A stretch of 64,000 bases of DNA from Candidatus Babeliales bacterium (GTDB lineage: Bacteria; Babelota; Babeliae; Babelales; Vermiphilaceae): contig CAVUQO010000002.1 in NCBI GenBank assembly GCA_963743635.1, forward strand, positions 384,001-448,000. Reading direction: 5' to 3'. Below, piece by piece: positions 21,406 to 31,297 of the stretch. Every line of letters starts with the position of its first letter. Positions within the stretch are counted from its first letter, which is position 1. Both the position numbers and the translations under genes were made by a program. A model generated the notes under the pieces. It was not told the DNA's origin. It was given only the letters and a program-made list of their open reading frames with translations, and did not search any database.

Positions 21406-21511
21406 AATAAATATCATTATTGAGTAATTAATTCTAAGAATCTATGAATTTTGGAGTAGGTTCATAGTCAGATGTATGCTCTGGTAGGAGCTCTGTGAGA
21501 TGCGCTTCTAT

Positions 21512-22057
21512 TCATTGCTTATCTTGGATGATATAGGCGCCCGCTTTTACGATAATGGTTGGATCATCAGTTTCATATTCTTTAAACTCATTGAATGAGA
21601 AATCTCTATTATCTTTTGTAATTGGGGCATTGAACGCGTTTAACAGAGCGATAGAGGTGCTTATGCTTTCGGTAGTACGGTTGCTTGATTCAACGGGATC
21701 ATCTTCCAGCAAAGTATCAATATCTTCTGCTATGCGTTGTTGTTCAGGGCGTGGGCGCGGATTATATATAGCCTCAAAATCTATTCGGCATGTTTTAATG
21801 TCGCCGCCGCATACAAAAACGGGAATACTATATTTCAGATCATCACTGGGTTTTTTATGTTGAGCTCCAAGACCTGTCTTTTCATTGTAGATGTTATACG
21901 CATAAGCCAAGGTTTCGTGAGTACCACTGGATGAGGCATTTTTTTTGAGTATTTCTACCATGATTTTCACCGTCAGGTCTTTGGGCTTAGAATTGGATTG
22001 CCCAGCATGGACGATGATTGGTAACAGAAGGATAAGTAAGCTGACGGCGTGTTTCAT
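21512..22057 (-). CDS. Secreted beta-rich hypothetical protein (array member)
   Basis: Signal ends VHA|GQSNSK. Confidence 0.75.
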   Translation of the reverse strand: MKHAVSLLILLLPIIVHAGQSNSKPKDLTVKIMVEILKKNASSSGTHETLAYAYNIYNEKTGLGAQHKKPSDDLKYSIPVFVCGGDIKTCRIDFEAIYNPRPRPEQQRIAEDIDTLLEDDPVESSNRTTESISTSIALLNAFNAPITKDNRDFSFNEFKEYETDDPTIIVKAGAYIIQDKQ

Positions 22058-22064
22058 AAGGATC

Positions 22065-22592
22065 CTATTCATTGCCCGGATCACTTTTTATTTCAGACAA
22101 AAGTATATGCATATGAAGCATTGGATTGGTTGGATCTTTGCAAACCAGTGGGCACTTGCCACTAAAGTCCAATCTCAACCTGTCTTCTATTCGTTGGCCA
22201 TCTTTTTGGGTAGTGTACCGCAGAGATACGGTACTCAGCAAATGTTTCTCAAAAGCAGCAGATTGTATGATTGGCGTCAGAGTATATCCGTTTGAACTGA
22301 TGTTTTTAGTATAGGTGGCAGTCGCAGGAGCGAGATTAGAAATGCCATTTTTGCAGTTTCTAAATATCGCATAGTAGCTTGCTATAACTCTGGGATCATG
22401 GTCAGGAAGATCATCAATATCGTCCGAAAGAATGTGCCAGGTAAGTTTTAAATCAACTTTGCGATCATTATCTGGTTGCGATCGCATTGTATACGATCTA
22501 TCTTGCATTGCCATCATAGTGATCGGGCAGCATGTCAGAAGTAGTCCAAAGGACGAAGACTGAAGCAGAAGGAAAATGAGTATTCGTTTCAT
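22065..22592 (-). CDS. Secreted beta-rich hypothetical protein (array member)
   Basis: Hydrophobic leader; shared strand pattern. Confidence 0.75.
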   Translation of the reverse strand: MKRILIFLLLQSSSFGLLLTCCPITMMAMQDRSYTMRSQPDNDRKVDLKLTWHILSDDIDDLPDHDPRVIASYYAIFRNCKNGISNLAPATATYTKNISSNGYTLTPIIQSAAFEKHLLSTVSLRYTTQKDGQRIEDRLRLDFSGKCPLVCKDPTNPMLHMHILLSEIKSDPGNE

Positions 22593-22646
22593 CTGTTTCT
22601 TTCATAAAAATAAGTTAAAAACCATTACAGTATAGTGTTTTTATCT

Positions 22647-23459
22647 CTATATCTCAATCTCAAACACACGCTGAGCGTTGATGCTCGTTGCATATGCAAC
22701 TTCTTCTAATGATAAGCCGCGCAGCTGCGCAAGATATTCTGCGATGGTGCGAATTTGTGCGGGGCTGTTTTGTTTGCCGCGCATTGCTTGCGGCGGTAAG
22801 AAGGGCGCATCGGTTTCGAGAACAATTTTATCGAGCGGCACCGTGCGGGCGATTTCGCGCAGATATTCATTCTTCGGATACGTAATGATGCCGCCGAGGC
22901 CGATCACGAATCCCATCGCGATCACTTCGTTTGCAAATTCTTGATCTTCAGAAAAGCAGTGAATGATGCCGCGCGAAATTTGACCTTTATATTCTTGGAG
23001 GAATTCGAGGGTCTCGTCGCGTGCATCTCGCGTGTGCACAATTAATGCCAAATTTTCTTCCAAAGCGAGGTCAATTTGAGCACGAAATGCATCTTTTTGA
23101 CGATCCAAATTAGTATCTGGATAGTGCCTGTCCAAGCCTGTTTCGCCTATAGCGACAATTTTATTTTTTTTATGTTCTTTAACAAAACTCTTGATTTTCA
23201 AAAAATCAGTATGCCATGTTTGTGTACAGTCGTTAGGATGTATACCAACTGCAGCATGAATTGATGCATACTGACGAGCAAGTTGAATACAATTAAAACT
23301 TTCCACCAAGCTTGTACCAACGTTAATGATGGTTGTGACCCCCCGGGAGGAAGCTTCATCAACTATGGGCGCAGCAAGGCGAAGAACATCAGGAGTAATT
23401 TCTGTGTCGAATGTTTTTTTAATCATCAGGTTAATATGGCAATGTGTATCAATAAGCAT
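22647..23459 (-). CDS. tatD: TatD family hydrolase/DNase
   Basis: DTHCH, GIHP, GETGLD, HCFS, ETDAPFL. Confidence 0.95.
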   Translation of the reverse strand: MLIDTHCHINLMIKKTFDTEITPDVLRLAAPIVDEASSRGVTTIINVGTSLVESFNCIQLARQYASIHAAVGIHPNDCTQTWHTDFLKIKSFVKEHKKNKIVAIGETGLDRHYPDTNLDRQKDAFRAQIDLALEENLALIVHTRDARDETLEFLQEYKGQISRGIIHCFSEDQEFANEVIAMGFVIGLGGIITYPKNEYLREIARTVPLDKIVLETDAPFLPPQAMRGKQNSPAQIRTIAEYLAQLRGLSLEEVAYATSINAQRVFEIEI

Positions 23460-23687
23460 AGCGCTCCTTTGTAATGACGATGCATGTAGCCTTCAAGAAT
23501 TTCTTTTAGGAAATCATTGGACTCTTCTAAGTTTTGATTCATTCAATATAGAACGAAAGCTTCTAGTATTTGACAAACCGATAAATCGAACTACTATAGG
23601 GTACTAGATGACAATAAAAAATAAAGTAGAGTTGTACTGAAGTAGCAGTCTGTTTAACCATTACTTACTTAATGTAAGGAGATAAGT

Positions 23688-23975
23688 ATGAACAAGAGTG
23701 AATTAATTGATTCGCTAAGCGAAGAAACAGCTTTCAGCAAGAAAGATGTTTCTCGTGTGCTTGACTCATTGACCCGTATTGTGGAACGCACCTTGAAAAA
23801 AGGTGAAAAGGTATCTATCACTGGGTTTGGAAGCTTCTGGCTTTCAAATCGCCCAGCTCGTAAAGGTATCAATCCATCGACGAAAGAGCGCATTAACCTC
23901 CCTGCGGTTAACGTACCTCGTTTCAAAGCTGGAAAAAACTTACGAGAAGTTGTTAGATCTGTTAAAGTTCGTTAA
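23688..23975 (+). CDS. hup: HU family DNA-binding protein
   Basis: MNKSELI, GFGSF, ARKGINP, PRFKAGK. Confidence 0.95.
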   Translation: MNKSELIDSLSEETAFSKKDVSRVLDSLTRIVERTLKKGEKVSITGFGSFWLSNRPARKGINPSTKERINLPAVNVPRFKAGKNLREVVRSVKVR

Positions 23976-24109
23976 GTGAAGCTTACGCTTTAAACGCAGG
24001 TTTTACTCGCTAAGGTCGCCATTGGCGACCTTTTTTATTGGGCTTCGTAGAAAGCCTTCTTTTTATGTAGAGGGTTAACCATATGCATATAAGAAATCGA
24101 AGAGTTTCT

Positions 24110-24185
24110 CATTCCCCGCTCGCCCTGAGGGTTATGGGTCAAGTGAAACGAGACGAAAAACGTCTCGAACGGGTGCGGGGTAAAA
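24110..24185. repeat. REP-like unit
   Basis: CCCGCTCGCCCTGAGG...TCTCGAACGGGT. Confidence 0.7.
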
Positions 24186-24379
24186 GGTTATACGCTCATT
24201 AATAATCGCCAGCCTGGATCAATTAAAGCTGTCCTTTGAAGGTTTATGCGAACTAGGAATAAACTTTTCTGGCTCTTTATACGCCCTAAATCCTTCCCAA
24301 TAAGCTTGCCCATTGCATTTCTTTCGATCTGATTTACACTAAAGACCGTACGACTATGATCTAAACGCGCGGAGTTCAC

Positions 24380-25615
24380 ATGATCGATTTAGGCCTACTC
24401 AGAGAAGAACGAGAAAAGGTTATTGCCTTAATTAAGAAAAAAGAACCATCTTTTGATGCGCAAGCACTTGCGGATCTTGATGTCCAACAACGATCCCTTC
24501 GATCAGAAGTGGAAGCGTTGCGGGCTGAAAAAAACGAATTAGCACGCCAAGGCAAAGCGGGGATCACCCCTGAACTGCGCGAGCGATCGATTCACGTCAG
24601 CAAACAATTAAAAGAAAAAGAACCGCTCCTTGAAGAAGTGGAAGCACGCTTTAAGGAATTGTATCTTTCATGCCCAAATCTGATTTTGGACGATGTTCCA
24701 GCAGGGAACAAAGAATCCAATAAAGTAGTCAAAGAGTGGGGCTCAAAAAGATCATTCGATTTTCATGTGAAGAATCATGTAGAGCTGGGCGCTGAGCTTG
24801 GCTGGTTCGATTTCAATGCGGCGGTGACTATGACCGGCAGCAACTTTGTATTTTATAAGCGTGATGCCGTTAAATATATGTATGCGCTGACCATGTTCAT
24901 GCTTAAAAATAATATGAAGCATGGATTTGATCCGGTTATCCCTCCCTATATGATTAATGAAAAATCTCTAGAAGTTTCAGGGAATTTTCCTAAATTCCGT
25001 GAGCAGGTATATGCAATGCCAGCTGATGGATTATATATGTCCCCAACTTCAGAAGTAAATTTGGCAAGCATATACCGCGATCATATTTTCATGACGCAAG
25101 AATTACCAATTCGTTTGACCGCATGGTCCAGCTGTTTTAGACGCGAAGCGGGCGGTTACGGCTCAACTGAGCGTGGACTCATTCGTATTCATCAGTTTGA
25201 AAAAGTTGAACTTTACACCATTTGTACGCCAGAAAATTCACAAGATGAACAAGATCGCATGATTGCGAGTGCAGAAGATATTTTACAACAACTTGGTTTG
25301 CACTATCGCATTAGCTTATTAGCGGCACAAGATTGTTCATTCCAATCAGCAAAAACATATGACGTTGAAGTATGGTTGCCGGGCCAAAAAGCATATTATG
25401 AAGTATCATCAATTAGTAACTGTACTGATTTTCAGGCACGCCGTGGATTATTGCGATTTAAAGTAACGTCTGAAAGTAAAACAGAACTGGTTAACACCTT
25501 GAATGGTTCATCACTTGCATTACCACGCTTGATGGTGGCATTAATGGAAACCTATCAGCAAGCTGATGGCTCCATTGCAATGCCAGAGATATTGAAAAAA
25601 GAGGGTATTTTTTAA
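24380..25615 (+). CDS. serS: Serine--tRNA ligase
   Basis: PTSE, CFRREAG, GLIRIHQFEKVE, EVSSISNC, TLNGS. Confidence 0.97.
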   Translation: MIDLGLLREEREKVIALIKKKEPSFDAQALADLDVQQRSLRSEVEALRAEKNELARQGKAGITPELRERSIHVSKQLKEKEPLLEEVEARFKELYLSCPNLILDDVPAGNKESNKVVKEWGSKRSFDFHVKNHVELGAELGWFDFNAAVTMTGSNFVFYKRDAVKYMYALTMFMLKNNMKHGFDPVIPPYMINEKSLEVSGNFPKFREQVYAMPADGLYMSPTSEVNLASIYRDHIFMTQELPIRLTAWSSCFRREAGGYGSTERGLIRIHQFEKVELYTICTPENSQDEQDRMIASAEDILQQLGLHYRISLLAAQDCSFQSAKTYDVEVWLPGQKAYYEVSSISNCTDFQARRGLLRFKVTSESKTELVNTLNGSSLALPRLMVALMETYQQADGSIAMPEILKKEGIF

Positions 25616-25627
25616 CGAGATGGTAGC

Positions 25628-26503
25628 ATGATGTTATCGCACGAGATACTCACCAAAATTAAACACATCGAGATTTATACACGGCGTATTTTAAATAATA
25701 CGCTTGCCGGGGATAGCCGCTCTGCGGTGAGAGGTTCTGGTTTTGAGTTTGATCAGATTCGTGAATATCAAATGGGCGATGATGTCCGGTATATTGATTG
25801 GAAATCATCGGTTCGCATGAACACGTTGCTCACCAAGCAGTATATCGAAGAGCGGAGTCGGACGGTGATAGTGGCGGTTGATTGCTCAGGCTCAGCCTTT
25901 TTCTCATCAAATGAAGACTTGCGTTTTGATACGATCGCACGTATGGCAAGCGTGTTGGCGCTCGCAGCTGAATACAGCAAAGATCATGTCGGGTTATTGA
26001 TGTTTTCAGACAAGGTTGAACTGTTTATTCCGCCAAAACGAGGACGCATGCATACGCGCATGATTATGGAACGTTTATTTGATCGTAAACCGGCGCAAGT
26101 GGGGACCGATTTGAATAGTGCGTTTGAATATCTAGCGCGACGTACGATCAGCAAATCATTAGTATTCATGATCTCAGATTTTATTACGGAGCGACCATTT
26201 ACCAAATATATGGGAATTGTAGCGAAGAAACATGATTTAATTGCGATACGCTGCCTCGATCCGTATGAAAAAGAATTTCCTTCAGTGGGATTTTTGCCGA
26301 TACAAGATAGTGAGACGGGTGAAATAGCATTGCTTGATACGCGTGGTAAAGGTGGAGCTCGTCTCAATGCATTATTAGGCGAACGCGTTGTAGAACAAAA
26401 TCATCTTTTTAAACAGCATGGCATTGATCTTTTGGATGTGCGGATTGATCATTCGTTTATGAACGAACTGATTTCTTTTTTCCGTCGTCGTATGATGTAT
26501 TAA
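25628..26503 (+). CDS. DUF58 (VWA) domain protein
   Basis: GFEFDQIREYQMGDDVRYIDWK, D-C-S-G-S MIDAS, ISDF. Confidence 0.9.
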   Translation: MMLSHEILTKIKHIEIYTRRILNNTLAGDSRSAVRGSGFEFDQIREYQMGDDVRYIDWKSSVRMNTLLTKQYIEERSRTVIVAVDCSGSAFFSSNEDLRFDTIARMASVLALAAEYSKDHVGLLMFSDKVELFIPPKRGRMHTRMIMERLFDRKPAQVGTDLNSAFEYLARRTISKSLVFMISDFITERPFTKYMGIVAKKHDLIAIRCLDPYEKEFPSVGFLPIQDSETGEIALLDTRGKGGARLNALLGERVVEQNHLFKQHGIDLLDVRIDHSFMNELISFFRRRMMY

Positions 26504-26515
26504 GATGAGGATATC

Positions 26516-27031
26516 ATGGTAACGAATGAAACAGCAGAAATATACGATATTTACGGCATCTGGCATGTGCCATTTTGGCAAACAAGGCCTTTTATTATTA
26601 CGATGTGGATACTGTTTGGGTTACTCGTACTTGCATTCATATATGGCATTATCCGCTTGATACTCAAAAGAAAGAAAAAAGTGCAGCCATGGACGTGGGC
26701 AAATCGCGAACTTGATGCTTTGTGGAAACAGCGTGGTGTTACGCGAGAAGATGGTAAACGATTTTATTTTCAATTAACCGAGATTATTAAAATATATTTA
26801 GAAAAACGATATGGTTATCAGGTGCGCAGTGCCACTGATCTTGAGCTCTTAGCATACCTTCGTGAATGTGATTTCGCGCCAGACTTATGGAACGATTTAT
26901 CACTGATTTTTGAAGGCGCTCAAGAAATTAAATTTGCTAATTTAGATGCCATTCCAGAAGAAATAGAGCGCGCATTTGCGCTCGCCAAGGCATTTGTTGC
27001 CAAAACAAGTTCAAATACAGACGTAGTATAA
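26516..27031 (+). CDS. Single-TM protein of the type accompanying DUF58/Bat loci (DUF4381/BatD-like)
   Basis: IYDI..., TM segment, FYFQLTEIIKIYLEKRY, T..EL, IKFA. Confidence 0.65.
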   Translation: MVTNETAEIYDIYGIWHVPFWQTRPFIITMWILFGLLVLAFIYGIIRLILKRKKKVQPWTWANRELDALWKQRGVTREDGKRFYFQLTEIIKIYLEKRYGYQVRSATDLELLAYLRECDFAPDLWNDLSLIFEGAQEIKFANLDAIPEEIERAFALAKAFVAKTSSNTDVV

Positions 27032-27043
27032 GGTTGACGCTTC

Positions 27044-28204
27044 GTGTCATATGATTATTCCTCCGATACGCGTTCTTTATATATTCACTGGCCGTTTTGC
27101 CCATATCGGTGTGCATTTTGCCCCTTTGTGACGGTTGTTGGCCAGGATGAACATAAAGAGCGATATCACAAAGTACTCTGCGCAGAGATTGAAGCAGGTA
27201 TGCAGCAATTTGGCAGAAAATTGCCGTTAGATACGATATATTTCGGAGGCGGTACGCCAAGTACCTATCCGGATGACCTGCTACTTGACATGTTTGGTAT
27301 ACTAAGAAAAAGCTGTGAAATAACCGAGAAGACCGAGATAACGATAGAAGTGAATCCAGGTACCGTGCGTGAGGAACAAATGGAATTATGGAAAACATTG
27401 GGTATCAATCGGATTAGTATTGGAGTTCAAAGTCTCAATACGCGTGTTTTGCATTCATTAAACAGACGTCAAAGTGTGGAAGATGTAGCGTTTGTGGTAC
27501 AACATGCATCACACTATTGTGATCGCGTATCAGTAGACCTTATTATAGGTCTTCCTGGTGTATCAGAAGATGAATGGAAAACATTAGTGCAAACGGTTAT
27601 GCAATGGCCGATTCAACATGTATCGATCTATTTTCTGACGATACATGAGAACACGTTATTGTATTTTAGAGTGAAACAAAAAACGGTTTCGTTACCCTGT
27701 GATGATGCCGTGGTTGACATGTATATGTGGACGGTCGATACGTTGAGTCAGTATGGCTTTACTCAGTATGAAATTTCAAGCTTTGCAAAAGCAGGGTGTG
27801 AATCGAAACATAATAAAACGTATTGGCAACGTAAACCATATAAGGGATTCGGGCTCGGAGCATGCTCATTTGATGGGCATACTCGCACGCAAAATGATAA
27901 GAATTTTATGAAATATATGCAAAGTCTTGAAATGTCACAAGACGTAACAGTATTTTCTGAAACGTTAACCCAAGAGGATGCTCGTTTAGAAAGAATGATG
28001 CTTGCGCTACGTACCATGCATGGTTTATCTCACCAAGAATTAGTTGATGGATTAAATGATCATCAACAACAAGAAATAGATAAAACGATTGGTCTACTGT
28101 GTGAGCGCAAACTTCTTGTTATGCGCGACGAACGATTGGTATTAACACCGGCTGGATTGGCGATGGAGCATGATATTGCTGCTCGTTTATCAAGCTGTTT
28201 CTAA
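27044..28204 (+). CDS. hemW: Radical SAM heme chaperone HemW/HemN-like
   Basis: YIHWPFCPYRCAFC, YFGGGTPS, YEISSF. Confidence 0.9.
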   Translation: MSYDYSSDTRSLYIHWPFCPYRCAFCPFVTVVGQDEHKERYHKVLCAEIEAGMQQFGRKLPLDTIYFGGGTPSTYPDDLLLDMFGILRKSCEITEKTEITIEVNPGTVREEQMELWKTLGINRISIGVQSLNTRVLHSLNRRQSVEDVAFVVQHASHYCDRVSVDLIIGLPGVSEDEWKTLVQTVMQWPIQHVSIYFLTIHENTLLYFRVKQKTVSLPCDDAVVDMYMWTVDTLSQYGFTQYEISSFAKAGCESKHNKTYWQRKPYKGFGLGACSFDGHTRTQNDKNFMKYMQSLEMSQDVTVFSETLTQEDARLERMMLALRTMHGLSHQELVDGLNDHQQQEIDKTIGLLCERKLLVMRDERLVLTPAGLAMEHDIAARLSSCF

Positions 28205-28254
28205 TGTAGATATATATAATTTAATGAATAGCTTTTACGATAAGGTGGGGCTGT

Positions 28255-28716
28255 ATGGCAAAGCATGTTGGGGTTAAATTACCTGATGATTTGATCAGTG
28301 TATTGAAAAAAGGAGAAACCGTTGCGATTTTGGCGACCTTTTCAGAAAAAGGGTTACCTCACACAACGCCGATACAATGCATTTATCCAAAAGGTCTTGA
28401 AAGCATTTTGATTACTATCAATAAAGATCATGCGGGATACCATAATATGGTATGGCAAAAGAAAGTGATGATGTGCTTTCTTGATGAAAATAACGTTGCT
28501 TACAGTGTGCTCGGTAGAGCAGGTGTAGTGCGCGCTCCATCACAAATTCATCCATTGATGAACGTGGTGCGTATCGATATCATTGATATTAAAAGCGACC
28601 GTTCCGTCTTGACTAAGGTTGAATCCGGTGTTAGATGGACATATACGTCATGGGAAGCCGAAGAGCTTTCAAAAGGTTTAATGGATGAGCTGAAAGATTT
28701 AGCAAAAACATTATAA
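28255..28716 (+). CDS. Pyridoxamine 5'-phosphate oxidase-like FMN-binding split barrel protein
   Basis: ILATFSEKGLPH pattern typical of the PNPOx fold. Confidence 0.6.
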   Translation: MAKHVGVKLPDDLISVLKKGETVAILATFSEKGLPHTTPIQCIYPKGLESILITINKDHAGYHNMVWQKKVMMCFLDENNVAYSVLGRAGVVRAPSQIHPLMNVVRIDIIDIKSDRSVLTKVESGVRWTYTSWEAEELSKGLMDELKDLAKTL

Positions 28717-28763
28717 TTGTAGTGAAACTAATTAATTATTGAGCAAACAAAGGAGTATTGCTT

Positions 28764-28988
28764 ATGTCAAGTTGTAGTCAAAGATCATTTCTCATTGGTG
28801 GAATAATCTTGGTAGCTGTTGTTGTATTGTATTATATGATGCAATCTGGTTGTTGCGCGGGCCATAAATCAGAGGCGCAAACGGAATCTGCGCAGATGAA
28901 TACCTCGCTGGATGTTGAGAATGCGCAGCCAATTGAAAATCTCGAAGATGCTGAAGTAATAGCTGAAGCAGTATCTGAGGCGGCGTAA
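28764..28988 (+). CDS. Small membrane-anchored acidic protein
   Basis: AAGGAG RBS; TM segment then acidic tail. Confidence 0.7.
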   Translation: MSSCSQRSFLIGGIILVAVVVLYYMMQSGCCAGHKSEAQTESAQMNTSLDVENAQPIENLEDAEVIAEAVSEAA

Positions 28989-29054
28989 TAATATCGGCAA
29001 TCCAATCTGTTCTGATTGAGCAGTATATACCTTAACACTATAAAGGAAGTTTGA

Positions 29055-29369
29055 ATGCGTAATACAAAATCGTGGATCATTGGTGGCATAATCGTGATCA
29101 TTGCTGGCGTTGCAGTCTATGTTGCAGTCCAATCTAATTTCTTCTCTAAGAGTATGAAAGAAGACGCTGGAATCGTTGACGTTGATACTGATGTCGATTC
29201 TACTGGATCTTTAGACGCAGAAAATCCATATGACGAAGAAAATCCATATGACGAAGAAGGTCAATATGGCAAAGATGAAGATCACATGCCATCTGAAGAC
29301 TTTGTCGAACGTATCGATGTAGCAATCGATGCTGTAGACGTTGAAGTAGAAGAATCAGAAGCATTATAA
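29055..29369 (+). CDS. Membrane-anchored acidic protein with tandem ENPYDE repeat
   Basis: N-terminal TM segment; 18-bp tandem repeat 29220-29255. Confidence 0.7.
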   Translation: MRNTKSWIIGGIIVIIAGVAVYVAVQSNFFSKSMKEDAGIVDVDTDVDSTGSLDAENPYDEENPYDEEGQYGKDEDHMPSEDFVERIDVAIDAVDVEVEESEAL

Positions 29370-29517
29370 ATAACAATATGATAGCTCGAATGTTAGTTCA
29401 TGGTGCAGATCGTGAAATACATACGAGCTTTCAATCTATTAAATCACTACACTCAATGAATGAGCAAAACAGTATAATCATGATTGATAGAGTCTTGGGC
29501 AAAAAGGAGTCTTGCTT

Positions 29518-30839
29518 ATGCGTGGTATAAAATCGTTTTTCATGAGTGGGATGGTGCTCTGTGTGCTGTATCTCATAATGCAATCAACGTTCTTTTCAAA
29601 TGTCTTATTTAATCAGAATGCGCAGACCTCTAATGGCGCTACTCAAAACTGGTATTCACGTTTTAATCTTCCCTTGAGTGCGGATGCAGAGCAAGCAGAA
29701 GCACCGGTAGAAGAAACACCGGCGGAAACGCCAACGGAAACTCCGGCAGAAGCACCAGCGGAAACACCTGCGGAAACGCCCGCACCGGCAGCAGAAGAAA
29801 AGAAGGAAGAAGCTCCTGCAGCAGCCGCACCAGCACCGACTGAAGAGCCCAAGAAAGAAGAAGCACCAGCGGCCGCACCAGCTGAAGCAAAACCAGCTGA
29901 GGCTGAAAAAAAGAAGAAGAAAAACCAGAAGTAGAGGGCATCGATACGGTCGATTTGAAAGAACCAGCCGGAAATTGGTTATTAAAACGTAAATGGTGGA
30001 CTGCAGCGCAAGAGCGTTATAGCCAAATTAAGGATGTCTTTGATCAGATTCACGAAGCACGCATGCCGTTTTATACTCGTCGCGCAAAAATTGATCGCGA
30101 TGTTCTTGAGCCGCTCTATATTCATGCAGGATTGGATCGATCAGATCTCATTGATGTACTGAGCAAGTTCAATACCTTATTAGATGTTGAGCAAGAAAAG
30201 CATAAAGCTCTTGATGAACAAGATCAGGCAATGCAAGCAAAGGCTCTCGCGCAGAAAAAAGTTCTTGAAGATTTGCAAAAAGATGTCACTGATCTCGCTC
30301 AGTATGATGTAGGGCTTGATGAATTCCTCAATACATTGATGGAACAAATAAACGCAGCACGTAGTTATCAAAATAAGGCTTGGCAGGCATACGTCAATAT
30401 CGGCAACGAGCTGAATGATAAACGAGCTCATGATCTTTATTATGAGATGGTTAGTTATCTGGAAGGTGCAACCGCGATTCAAGGATACATTAACGGGGAC
30501 TTCCAAAAAGCGTTTACTCAATTGGAAAAAACAGTTGCTGAACAGGCAAAACGTATCACCGATACGCTGACATCGCTTAAAGAAAGTAATATCGATTTCA
30601 AAGAGTACAGCCAAAAGCTGGATGAAAAAATACAGAACGAAGGTAAAACTGAAGAACCGGAAGCAGCGCCAGAGGAGCCTGAACAAGAGGGTTTCATGGG
30701 GATGCTGATGTCGTGGTGGAACATGATTAAGGATGCGTTCGTTTCGGCCTATGATTGGGTCATGAGCTTTTTCTCAGGATCATCAGATGCCGCGGCGGAA
30801 ACTCCAGAATCAACTTCATCTTCAGATACTGCAAGCTAG
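29518..30839 (+). CDS. Membrane-anchored Pro/Ala/Glu-linker plus coiled-coil protein, split by frameshift in A-run near 29905-29925
   Basis: Shifted frame reads ...KPEVEGIDTVDLKEPAGNWLLKRKWW, joining ORFs 29512 and 29955. Confidence 0.65.
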
Positions 30840-30898
30840 CAATCCGCATCGCACACGATATTTAAAAGGCCCACTCAATTGCGAGTGGGCCTTTTTCG

Positions 30899-31215
30899 TT
30901 ACCGCGAACTTGATGTCCCTTCATTGCCCTGAACGGCAGTCGGGCTTCGGAATTAACTCTTCACTGTCGTTCAGAGCAATCGGGCTTTGGAATGAATTGG
31001 AATGAATAGGATAAGAGTCTATAAAATCCTTTCCCCCGTTCTGTCTACGTTTATCCGGGCCTTCCGGCTCGGCAAACTACGCCGGACGCAGTCGTCCCGC
31101 GTGCCCTGCGTAGCCTTGGCGAAGCATGGGAGTGATTCTATACTGAACGCAGTGAGGTAGAGAATTGTGCGAGGAATTGTTGATAAATAATATTCCTTAT
31201 AAAGTCGAGTTCACA
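30899..31215. mobile_element. MITE-like/REP composite
   Basis: About 100-bp block 31034-31134 nearly identical to 60195-60295 and related in reverse to 10388-10472; degenerate terminal inverted repeats. Confidence 0.65.
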
Positions 31216-31297
31216 GGTGCTAACATTTGATAACCATTTGGAATAATGTTATTTTTACCAACGAATTTTAAAAACACACAAAACCATAAGGAACAAT

